Below are positions 44,603-56,512 of a stretch of DNA of 64,000 nucleotides, piece after piece. The notes under the pieces were generated by a model. That model was not told the DNA's origin and searched no databases. It saw only the letters and a list, made by a program, of their open reading frames with translations. Where the stretch lies: contig OZ024746.1 in the NCBI GenBank assembly GCA_964016885.1, forward strand, positions 4,216,001-4,280,000, in the 5' to 3' direction. This DNA is from Eledone cirrhosa (lineage: Eukaryota). Numbering within the stretch: position 1 is the first letter of the stretch; each line of letters begins with the position of its first letter. The position numbers were made by a program, and so were the translations under genes.

Positions 44603-44712
44603 CTTTCTTCTCTTTTTTTTTTTTTTTAGACAGATATCAAACAAAAAACAGGAGGCAATTTTTGCAGTTATATTAGGTTCGACGGCTATTTCTGGACTAA
44701 ATTATATATATA

Positions 44713-44900
44713 TTTTAATATAGAAAAGCTTCTACAGGACTAGAACTGTTTCATTCGTGAGAAATCATCGGGAAGCTGACGTCAGCTTCCTGATGAATCT
44801 CACGAATGAAACAGTTCTAGTCTTGTAGAAGCTTTTCTATATTAAAACATTTATACTATACTCTGCTTTGTATTGAGTACCTTACTTACTGTGGCTACCC
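44713..44900. mobile_element. Head-to-head family B palindrome carrying HHRs at 44727-44777(-) and 44784-44833(+)
   Basis: Spacerless symmetry centre gctgac|gtcagc at 44780/44781. Plus copy has an intact CTGATGA...GAAA...GTA; minus copy has CCGATGA. Confidence 0.85.
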
Positions 44901-45227
44901 CACCCCCGAATATATATATATATATATATTAAGCTCCTGCTATACTCTGATAGACTGTGCTGGTAGTGAACTAAATCAGAAATGATAAATCTAAGTTTTC
45001 ATTAATTTCAAGATACTTCAGATATACCTCAATTTAGAGGTGAATGAATGAATGAATGAATGAATGAATGAATCAGTATTCTGTTCAATTATAGTAGGAC
45101 GTGAATTTTATGTAAGTCAAACTCACAACTTACTGAAAGACCATTCATGTTGTATAATTCAGGTTACTATATAGGGATTCTCTCAATATATATATATGTA
45201 TGTATGTATGCAAACTACAACACTCTG

Positions 45228-45282
<55 letters not shown>

Positions 45283-45537
45283 TTGTTAATAATCGAACTG
45301 CATTGAAAGCAACAAATATCGATAAATTCAATGTAATATGTCTATTGTGAAAAGCAGTAAGTCAGGGGAGAAGCAGACGTAGGTCAATATGGTTACCGGA
45401 AGTAGAGACAAAACACTACATATTCTGCATGACTTATGTCGCTTACTTTACATATCTACACTATTATATGTGGCTGTAGTGGTGGCAATGGTGCAATAGG
45501 CTATATTTCACTGAGAACGTCTATGTACTTACTATAC

Positions 45538-45633
<96 letters not shown>

Positions 45634-45643
45634 TGTATTTATG

Positions 45644-45699
<56 letters not shown>

Positions 45700-45709
45700 G
45701 TATTTATGT

Positions 45710-45740
<31 letters not shown>

Positions 45741-46340
45741 CTTTAACTGATGCCAAAACCTCCATATTCAGAATACAGGCTAGACGGACTAATGTTAGAA
45801 AGTTTCGGCCGTATCGTCTCTCTGACTGCAGTTTGTGGAATTAAGAAACAATACTAATTATCAAAATAAATTAAGACAGTATTGGAAGATATCCCGACAT
45901 TAGAGGGGTTCTTTGTCAATAGAAATAATATTCTATAGATTGAGTATTCGGTCCTTATTCTTACCGAAACAGCCTGGTTCGTTCAGTAACATGTGTGTCG
46001 TTCGACTACAAAATGAATATCTGCATATCAGGAGAATAAGACAGGTGTTTAATAACGCCAGAAATAGCACCCATAAAGCCTGTCTATATCAACTCAACAA
46101 TTAAGGAGTAGCAATTATTAGTGACGAATAACGTTCTGTTTGATATATATATACAGAAGACGGCCATTTCTTCAACGAATTCCCTGATATTATGAACCAA
46201 CACTAACCGGAGGCTTCTGGCTAGTTTTATGACTGAACTTTATTTAGGTTACCTTTTCTTCACACTTCACATGCAGTGCATCCCCTAACAGTGCTGTTCA
46301 GGCGCTCAAGACTCCGCCGAAGCATGTTGCTGTTCATGTT

Positions 46341-46493
46341 AATAATTGTTTCTGCTTTTGGCACAAGGCCAGCAATAAACCAGTGCATTACTGGTACTTT
46401 ATTTTATCGACCTCGTAAGGATGAAAGGCAAAGTTAACCTCGGCGGCATTTGAACTCAGAAGGGCAAGGGCCGTAACTCTATGCGTTAAAGCA
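46341..46493 (-). mobile_element. 5'-truncated tRNA-derived SINE (abundant family)
   Basis: Matches 31200-31353. Confidence 0.85.
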
Positions 46494-47043
46494 ACGTTAG
46501 GATAAGACTCGAGCTGCCCACGTGTATATCTGTGACTATGTTGCCACTCCCCCGTGAAACCTGTGAAGAAATATCTGCACATAAAGATGGCAATGCTGTC
46601 TGTCTGTGCTACAGACATAACACCCACTCCCACCCCGCCGCCGCCCAGTGACAGGCCAAGGCAAGATAACAGGACAGTTATGAGGAGTTCATCCGCCCTT
46701 TGACAGCTCTTGTTTTTGTGTTGCTGCGTTTCCACTTACCCTCCTCGCCAGACCAGGGTCTGTTGTGGGAACCAGTTTAATCGTCGACCATCTGACCATG
46801 AAACAACTTATACTGGGCCATGTCCGTCCTATCTGAACACTGTAGTCTGTAATTTGATGGTGATTGAGTCACTATTTCTGGCAGGGGTGACATTTGCAGT
46901 CTACAAGTCTTTAATAGATAAATATAATTTTGTATATTGAATTCTCTATGCCTACACAGTTTCATTCATATATTCATAAGAATACAAATGTACAGATGTA
47001 TATATAAAGTTAACCCCCCCCCCCCACACACACACGCGCGCAC

Positions 47044-47090
<47 letters not shown>

Positions 47091-47149
47091 CATACACAGA
47101 CACAATGGTTAAATGTCTCCCACGAGGTTTGTTACTATTATCCAAGTAC

Positions 47150-47237
47150 ATCACCACCATCACCACCACCACCACCACCACCACCACCACCACCACCACC
47201 ACCACCACCACCACCACCACCACCACCACCACCACCA
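47150..47237. repeat. (CAC)n trinucleotide repeat
   Basis: Read directly. Confidence 0.95.
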
Positions 47238-47669
47238 AAGGTATACAATGCAGCCTCTACGATGGATTGCTCTGTTGGAAAACATAAAAGCAACAAAGAC
47301 AGATAATGTATTCAGAAATTTATTAATAAAGAATATTAGTTGAACGTTACAATAGAAAGTATTTACTCATCCTCTGGGACAATATTAGAGGTCTTTTGTG
47401 TTTGTATCAGGATGATGATGATGATGTATGTGTAGATGTGTGTACACGTGTGAGTGTGTGTTCCCTATGTGTATGTTTCACTGAAATCAACTGTCCCAAC
47501 AGATGTAAATGTCACGTCCAATATGTAGATGAACAAATAACGATAGCTATTTATATTCTAATTATAGGTTGCCATTCATACATATAATCATCTATGTATT
47601 AGGCTGTATTATAAAATACTTACCTTGCAACTATGAAATGTTTGCTTCTCTGACAACCCAGCATGGGTG

Positions 47670-47985
47670 TGTTGAGAGAGAAACTGTGTCTGAGGGGGAT
47701 AGAATGTAATGTGCGAGAGAGGAGACTGAGGTGGTATGGACATGTGATGCGCATGGAGGGTGACCGATGGGTGAAGAAGTGCCAGGAAATGCCAGTTGAA
47801 GGAAGACGTGGTAGAGGTAGACCACGAAAAACATGGGCGGAGGTGGTGAGAATAGACCTCAGATCGCTGAAGCTCACGGTGGAGATGACGAAGGACCGTG
47901 ACGAGTGGAGAGAGCTGTGGTGAATAAGACCCGTCCCACCCTTGCAAGCAGGGAAAAGCGGACGTAAAATGATGATGATGATGAT
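47670..47985 (+). mobile_element. 5'-truncated RTE-clade LINE (ORF C-terminus, short 3' UTR, (TGA)n tail)
   Basis: RRLRWYGHVMRM...EGRRGRGRPRKTW...DRDEWR is the characteristic RTE C-terminal signature. Confidence 0.9.
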
Positions 47986-48025
47986 ATATATGTGTACATA
48001 TATACGTGTACATATATATGTAGGA

Positions 48026-48074
<49 letters not shown>

Positions 48075-48241
48075 TGTATATTCTATATGTATATATTTAA
48101 CTATATATTTCTCTATACATAGGCATATATAAATAGAAAATTAGATAAATATATATATATATCCTACATATATACTTTTTTTCTATTGAAGTAAATACCC
48201 GAGAAAAGTCATAATTTTAATAGAAAACAAATGTATATATA

Positions 48242-48317
<76 letters not shown>

Positions 48318-48426
48318 TATTTATATATATATGCGCGGCATATTTATGTATATGCATGCATGTACTCATATATATATGCAAATATAGATGTACTCACACA
48401 CACACGCATATATATATGTGTGTGTG

Positions 48427-48486
<60 letters not shown>

Positions 48487-48893
48487 TAAATATTGGTTGC
48501 TGTTTTTTTTTTATTACAGATGAGATCATTTCAGAAATGTAATTATATTCCAAAATTTAAGTACTAATATATAATTAATTCAAGGTAAAGTTCACTAAGT
48601 GTTAAGGGGTGGGGAGTTATTCACGTGTTACACAAACACATATATTATTTATAACACACAGAAGCACACATACTCTCCTATACATATAGACACACTCACA
48701 TAGATGGAGGGATGTGTTTGAAGTTATAAATTTATCTTCCATTTCCTATTCGACTGGAGATTATATTCATAAAAGATCTATTAAAAAAAATACATAACCG
48801 AAAAATTTCAATTATTTCAATCATGGGAATTACTTTACATGATATACCCGACCACGTGCTGGTAAGTATGTGTGTGTGTGTGTGTGCGTTATG

Positions 48894-48925
<32 letters not shown>

Positions 48926-49016
48926 GTATTATATTTGTGTGTATATATATGTATATATGTACCGTACACATGTGCTGCATATATATATATGCATATATTT
49001 TTGTGTGTGTATATAT

Positions 49017-49109
<93 letters not shown>

Positions 49110-49110
49110 A

Positions 49111-49152
<42 letters not shown>

Positions 49153-49491
49153 TATATTTATGCGTGTATATATTCATATTATATATATACATGTATATAT
49201 ATAAATATATGCATATGTATGAATGTAATTCATATATATATATACGGGTGTGTGTGCTTGCATGCGTACATGTGTGGAATGTGTACTCATTCAAATGTTT
49301 GTGCCTTGTATTTGAATATATTTACATACAGTGAATCACAAGCATGAAAAATGAAGAAATGTCTACGCAATGCGTTGTTTATACAATCATAAACAGTTAG
49401 ATAGATAAATAGAATGAGAGATAAAAAATAGAATTATATATACATATGTATATGTAAATATATATATATACATATATATAAATAAGCAAAA

Positions 49492-49670
49492 GGGATATAT
49501 CTAGGAAAAACTTGATCCGTTAAGATCTTCTTCCTGGATATGTCAACATTTATAAAACAAACTTTTTTTTTATCTGATGAGAGCGTACCAAAGTTTTGGT
49601 ACCCTTGAAATATATACAATAGAATAAATATGGTTTTATAAATATAGTTTCCATTTATTTAATATCATTG
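49492..49670 (+). mobile_element. Family C element, HHR 49568-49624 with mutated cleavage triplet (ACA)
   Basis: ttttat CTGATGA gagcgtaccaaagttttggtaccctt GAAA tatataCA atagaa. Confidence 0.8.
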
Positions 49671-49709
49671 TGTATATATATAATATATATACATATATAA
49701 ATATATATA

Positions 49710-49789
<80 letters not shown>

Positions 49790-49807
<18 letters not shown>

Positions 49808-49859
49808 TTATATATATATATAAATTTATATATATATATAAATTTATATATATATATAA

Positions 49860-49907
<48 letters not shown>

Positions 49908-50035
49908 TTATATACATATATAAATTTATATATATATATATAAATTTATATACATATATAAATTTATATATATATATATAAATTTATATATATATAAATT
50001 TATATATATATATAAATTTATATATATATATATAA

Positions 50036-50069
<34 letters not shown>

Positions 50070-50149
50070 TTATATATATATATAAATTTATATATATATA
50101 TATATATAAATTTATATATATATATATATAAATTTATATATATATATAA

Positions 50150-50225
<76 letters not shown>

Positions 50226-50502
50226 TTATATATATATATAAATTTATATATATATATATATATAAATTTATATATATATATATATATATAAATTTATATA
50301 TATATATATAAATTTATATATATATATAAATTTATATTTATATATATATATATATATAAATTTATATATATATATAAATTTATATATATATATAAATTTA
50401 TATATATATATATATATAAATTTATATATTTATATAAATTTATATATATATAAATTTATATATATATAAATTTATATATATATAAATTTATATATATATA
50501 TA
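49790..50502. repeat. (TA)n array punctuated by AAATTT (self-complementary minisatellite)
   Basis: Recurring tataaatttata with variable TA counts. Confidence 0.9.
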
Positions 50503-50600
50503 TGCAGAGGTTATATTTAATTTGTTGGACTTCAACAAGCTTAAACATTTTTATAACTGATATAAAGCACTCAACAAGTTAGTGGAATGCCGAATGCCCA

Positions 50601-50720
50601 TTCCTGATGATTTCATATGAATGAAACTGTTCTCATCCTGTAGAAGCCATTCTATATTAAATAATGATGTTTACACTTACTAATGTATTGAGTACCTTAG
50701 TAACTGTGGTTACTTCCGAT
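50601..50720 (+). mobile_element. Diverged family B element with intact-core HHR (50601-50645)
   Basis: ttc CTGATGA t-ttc-atat-gaa-t GAAA ctgttctcatcct GTA^ gaa; stem I is only 3 bp. Confidence 0.7.
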
Positions 50721-51942
50721 TTAAAGACTGAGAGGAGGAATGGGTCTTCTAATTATATTGTATCAATAAATATAAATATTACTGACATGCCATGTGATTT
50801 ATTTTACTGTGATGTGACAGGTATATATGACAAGAGAATATATGTATAGGTAGAATTGTACTAGACTTGACCGTGAGAGGAGAGAAAGGGGGAGAGAGAG
50901 AGAGGGTGCAGTGAAATTGAGTGGTGAAATGAACGAATGTAGAAGGAGGGGGGTGTTGAGTAGGAGATGTAAGCGGTTCGTACGAAAGCTTTGTGACAAA
51001 TATTTTGAGAACGATTGCATAATAGAGGTGTGTCGCCATATTTAGATGACTTTTTAGGGGTAATGCTAAATACATATTCTACTATAGTCATACTCTACTA
51101 TCGCAAGTATCGAGTACTCTGATGATAATGGTCTAACTAGTTTAAAACCGGTTTAATCCTGATTATTCAGGTTGAAAACTAGTTAGATCATTATTCAACA
51201 GGGTACTTGAATATTTACAAATGTATACTATACAATAACTGATCCCCATCCCCCATTATTACCACCCTTCCTATTATTTGGGTCCCGATAGTGCCACTGA
51301 ACGCTGCTTCTCTCTCTGTCTATTACACAAAACTCTTTTTAATCCCCTTCTCTGTATCTACTAAAACCAAACTCTACCCCTCTCTATATCTATCACGACA
51401 CCGCCTCTCTTATCCCACTCTCTATATCTAAGACTAATACATCCTCTCACTCTCTATAGCTATCTACAATTATCTCACCCAATCCCCCTCTGTATATCAA
51501 TCACACCTAAACTCTCCCCTCTCTGTATCAACTACACAGCATTCTCCCATTATCCCTCTCTGTATATCTACAACCACCAAACTCTCCCCCTCCCTATATC
51601 TACTACACGGAACTCTCTTCCAACCCCCCTCTCTCTATATATACAATATAAATGATAATCAAAGAGAGTCTTTTAATCTTTCCAACATTCAATAACTGAC
51701 GATTGTTTCATCCTGGGATGTTTCAATGATTAAACATTCTTTGATTATCATTTACCTTGTCTTTCGGCTTTCTATTAACTTTGATAACTTTGATAGGTTT
51801 TGGCCAGTATTGGCCCAGACTATGTATAACTTAATAGCACTATTATACTTGTAACTGATTTATTATTACTCTCCATATATATATGTGTGTGTGTAATATT
51901 ATTCAAAATATAAATAAATGAGAAATATTATCATAGCCAAAG

Positions 51943-52013
51943 TATATATTTTATTATACATATTTCAAAGGTACAATGGTGTTTCAGTACGTTTTCATCA
52001 GATAAAATATATA
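51943..52013 (-). ncRNA. Type I hammerhead ribozyme with intact core (family C-related)
   Basis: Reverse complement: tatatattttat CTGATGA aaa-c-gtac...gtac-c-ttt GAAA tatgta TA^ ataaaatatata (12-bp stem I). Confidence 0.8.
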
Positions 52014-52173
52014 TAAGAGATTGGTTACACGACATACCGCTAAGATCTTGAATCTTCAATTCCTGTAGTGAAATATATTATATATGTATGTATGTCTGTA
52101 TATATATATAGCCTGCTTTTAAATTCCCTTTCTGGCCTATTTTAGCAGTAGATTTTGGTTATCGTGTTTTTGA

Positions 52174-52254
52174 GCTTTACTGATGAACGATTCCAACCGT
52201 GAGTAATCCCACTGAAAAGTTTCGTGAAATAGTCTTTTTAAGACTATATAGAGC
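52174..52254 (+). ncRNA. Type I hammerhead ribozyme with intact core and full stem III
   Basis: gcttta CTGATGA acga...tcgt GAAA tagtctt-ttt-aagacta TA^ tagagc; predicted cleavage after 52248. Confidence 0.85.
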
Positions 52255-52501
52255 ATTTGTAGTTTTTCCAAATTGAAGGATTAGTGTTTAAACTTTATTT
52301 TATTCTGAGTTAAGACTCTATTGGTTTTTTTCCCTGGATTTCACAAAATCTGTGGATAAAATCTCTGTCTTGATTTTTTTAAAAATTGAGTATGAATTAT
52401 TTTCCCATATCTTACGTTAAATATTTTCCATTTTGACGTTATAGTCACTTATATATTATGGAATACTGTTGGCTTCTTGCTCACATTAATTTCTCTATTT
52501 T

Positions 52502-52556
<55 letters not shown>

Positions 52557-52642
52557 AAAGTAAATAACAACAACAAGGAGTACAATTACGAAAGGCGTTA
52601 GGTATTAGGTACACGCTTGAGAGTGTGCGGAGGGGGGGGGGG

Positions 52643-52677
52643 GCGTTTCGGGCATAAGCCCATCATCAGGAGAATGG
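52643..52677 (-). ncRNA. Truncated hammerhead (cleavage site replaced by a C-run)
   Basis: Reverse complement: ccattctc CTGATGA t-gggc-ttat-gccc GAAAC gc then poly-C. Confidence 0.5.
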
Positions 52678-53158
52678 TGGGAAGGAGAGGAGTTCCGAGA
52701 GGGTGTGAGGGGGGAATATTTGTGCGTGTATGTGTGTGTGTTTCTGTGTGTGTGCGTATGTATGCGTGACTCTCTGGGTGAGTGTGCATGTGTGTGTGTG
52801 TGTAAATGCAAATACATTCTACAAAATGTCATTACCTCATTTAATAAATTCTTCTAATTTTAAGGCAGTGGCAGAAGAATTTGGCAGCGATTTTTACTGA
52901 CCGTTAAACTGTCCAGACTGTCACAATGCAGTGAATTATAGGAACCAATTCTGTATGTCAGTGTGTCAAGTATGGCGCTTAACAAAGTGCTGGGATGGTG
53001 TCACTGGAAATATAGATCTGTAGGTCACACATAGTCGTTCGGTTGACTTCCTGCGTGCCATAGATCTAATCAATCAGCACTGACACATGGAGAGTCTACA
53101 ACAACAACATGGAGAACAGGAGCAGAAACAGCAGCAGTAGCAGCAGCAGTAGTCTCAT

Positions 53159-55058
53159 TTAAATCTGGCTGGACGGCATGTAATATCTTTAAACTGTTAA
53201 ATCAGGCTGGATGGCATGTAATATCTTTAAACTGTTAAATCAGGCTGGATGGCATGTAATATCTTTAAACTGTTAAATCTGGCTGGACGGCATGTAATAT
53301 CTTTAAACTGTTAAATCTGGCTGGACGGCATGTAATATCTTTAAACTGTTAAATCTGGCTGGACGGCATGTAATATCTTTTAACTGTTAAATCAGGCTGG
53401 ACGGCATGTAATATCTTTAAACTGTTAAATCAGGCTGGATGGCATGTAATATCTTTAAACTGTTAAATCTGGCTGGACGGCATGTAATATCTTTAAACTG
53501 TTAAATCAGGCTGGATGGCATGTAATATCTTTAAACTGTTAAATCAGGCTGGACGGCATGTAATATCTTTAAACTGTTAAATCAGGCTGGATGGCATGTA
53601 ATATCTTTAAACTGTTAAATCAGACTGGACGGCATGTAATATCTTTAAACTGTTAAATCAGGCTGGATGGCATGTAATATCTTTAAACTGTTAAATCAGG
53701 CTGGACGGCATGTAATATCTTTAAACTGTTAAATCAGACTGGACGGCATGTAATATCTTTAAACTGTTAAATCAGACTGGACGGCATGTAATATCTTTAA
53801 ACTGTTAAATCAGGCTGGACGGCATGTAATATCTTTAAACTGTTAAATCAGGCTGGATGGCATGTAATATCTTTAAACTGTTAAATCAGGCTGGACGGCA
53901 TGTAATATCTTTAAACTGTTAAATCAGGCTGGATGGCATGTAATATCTTTAAACTGTTAAATCTGGCTGGACGGCATGTAATATCTTTAAACTGTTAAAT
54001 CACACTGGACGGCATGTAATATCTTTAAACTGTTAAATCAGACTGGACGGCATGTAATATCTTTAAACTGTTAAATCAGACTGGACGGCATGTAATATCA
54101 TTAAACTGTTAAATCAGACTGGACGGCATGTAATATCATTAAACTGTTAAATCTGGCTGGACGGCATGTAATATCTTTAAACTGTTAAATCAGGCTGGAC
54201 GGCATGTAATATCTTTAAACTGTTAAATCAGGCTGGATGGCATGTAATATCTTTAAACTGTTAAATCAGGCTGGACGGCATGTAATATCTTTAAACTGTT
54301 AAATCAGGCTGGATGGCATGTAATATCTTTAAACTGTTAAATCAGACTGGACGGCATGTAATATCTTTAAACTGTTAAATCAGACTGGACGGCATGTAAT
54401 ATCATTAAACTGTTAAATCAGACTGGACGGCATGTAATATCATTAAACTGTTAAATCTGGCTGGACGGCATGTAATATCTTTAAACTGTTAAATCAGGCT
54501 GGACGGCATGTAATATCTTTAAACTGTTAAATCAGGCTGGACGGCATGTAATATCTTTAAACTGTTAAATCAGGCTGGATGGCATGTAATATCATTAAAC
54601 TGTTAAATCTGGCTGGACGGCATGTAATATCTTTAAACTGTTAAATCAGGCTGGACGGCATGTAATATCTTTAAACTGTTAAATCAGACTGGACGGCATG
54701 TAATATCATTAAACTGTTAAATCTGGCTGGACGGCATGTAATATCTTTAAACTGTTAAATCAGGCTGGATGGCATGTAATATCTTTAAACTGTTAAATCA
54801 GGCTGGACGGCATGTAATATCTTTAAACTGTTAAATCAGGCTGGATGGCATGTAATATCTTTAAACTGTTAAATCAGACTGGACGGCATGTAATATCTTT
54901 AAACTGTTAAATCAGACTGGACGGCATGTAATATCATTAAACTGTTAAATCTGGCTGGACGGCATGTAATATCTTTAAACTGTTAAATCAGACTGGACGG
55001 CATGTAATATCTTTAAACTGTTAAATCAGGCTGGACGGCATGTAATATCTTTAAACTT
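53159..55058. repeat. 38-bp minisatellite, about 50 copies
   Basis: Unit aaatc(t/a)g(g/a)ctgga(c/t)ggcatgtaatatc(t/a)ttaaactgtt; head-to-tail with no spacers. Confidence 0.97.
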
Positions 55059-56435
55059 TTTTGTTGGTTTAGTACAATTAACAGGCTGTTAGAAAAAGCA
55101 GCCAAGTCTCGCTTCCTTAAATCACACCGTCAACTGAAAGGATACATTGGGTAATGGTCAGAACCGAAGCGCTACTGATTATAAGGCGTCATTACTACAT
55201 ACCGTTATTGTTGTTAGCCTAATGTCAACCCTGGCAGATCAGATCTAGAATTAAAAAAACTCCAGCCGTGACCACCCGATCCCATATTTTATTCACACAG
55301 TATTTACAGTAACACATTATGGAATGTAAATACAAAATATGATGATTCTGGTCAAAATGAATGGAATTACCATATTATACATATGCAATCACTTATAGAC
55401 AGAAATATGATGTATGCATGTTTGTATGTGTGTATATGTATGTATGTATATATGTGTGTATGTGTATATGTATGTATGTATGTATATATGTGTGTATGTG
55501 TATATGTATATATGTATGTATGTATGTGTGTATGTGTATATCTCACTCGTTCAGCGCATCGGTAGGGGTACTCTAACATGGATATAAAGTAGTGGCCGTA
55601 CTGGAAAACGAGTTGGCAGCCACCATGTGTATATGTATGTTTGTATGTATGTATATATGTTTGTATGTATGTATGTCTTTTTCTTTCTTTTTTGTGTTTT
55701 TTTTATCGTTTGATGCCGCTGTTGTCGTTGTAAATGTTCATTTCATTTCATTCTGAAGCTGTTGTTGCTGTAAACACTAGTACCGGTGTTGTTGTTGTAG
55801 ATGTTGGGGTTGAAATCTGGTCGTTTGACTGAGTGATGTATATACACACACACCACAGCCGGCTATTCCCAGTGAATGTTTTGGTTGCTAACTCTGTGCA
55901 AGACATTTTAGATTATTGGCTGGGCTAAAAAGCCACATTCGATCACAGCGCTGTTAATTGCTATCGTGTGTGTGTGTAGATATGTTTATGTGTGCGTGTG
56001 TGTGTAGATATATATATGTGTATATTATTATTGTTGTTGTTGTTGTCGTTATTATTATTGTTGTTATTATTATTATTATTATTATTGTTATTATGGGGGG
56101 TTTTTTCTCGTGCAATGGCCATACTCGACAACGAGGGGGCAACCATCATGTATGTATGTATGTAAGTAGGTAAGTGGGTGGGTTTGTATATATGTATGGC
56201 AGAGTGGATTGAGTTATATATTTCTGTTCATATGGACGTTTAAGTATCGACATAATAATATTTCACGTGACTAGTATTACCGTTAGAAGTTAGTCTACAT
56301 GTAATATGTAATCTAAACACTTTCTATGAGCTTTTGTCACCTTGTTTCATTATTGTTTTCTTGTAAATATTATCAGTCTTCAACATATCTGCTTTGTGAC
56401 CGCATCGAATCATAAGGTTCCCCTTCAGACTCACC

Positions 56436-56512
<77 letters not shown>

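Noticed and set aside
46730-46760. ccctcctcgc resembling the HDV ribozyme L3 loop
   Set aside because: P3, P1 and P1.1 pairings could not be completed.
51650-51752. 16-bp inverted repeat enclosing CTGACGA and an opposite-strand GAAAC..GTC
   Set aside because: The core halves lie on different strands, so no single-strand hammerhead can be formed.
53159-55058. CRISPR-like periodicity (also 30186-30680, 63617-64000, 1155-1400)
   Set aside because: Units are head-to-tail with no unique spacers (only CA tracts at 1155-1400), there are no cas genes, and the context is eukaryotic.
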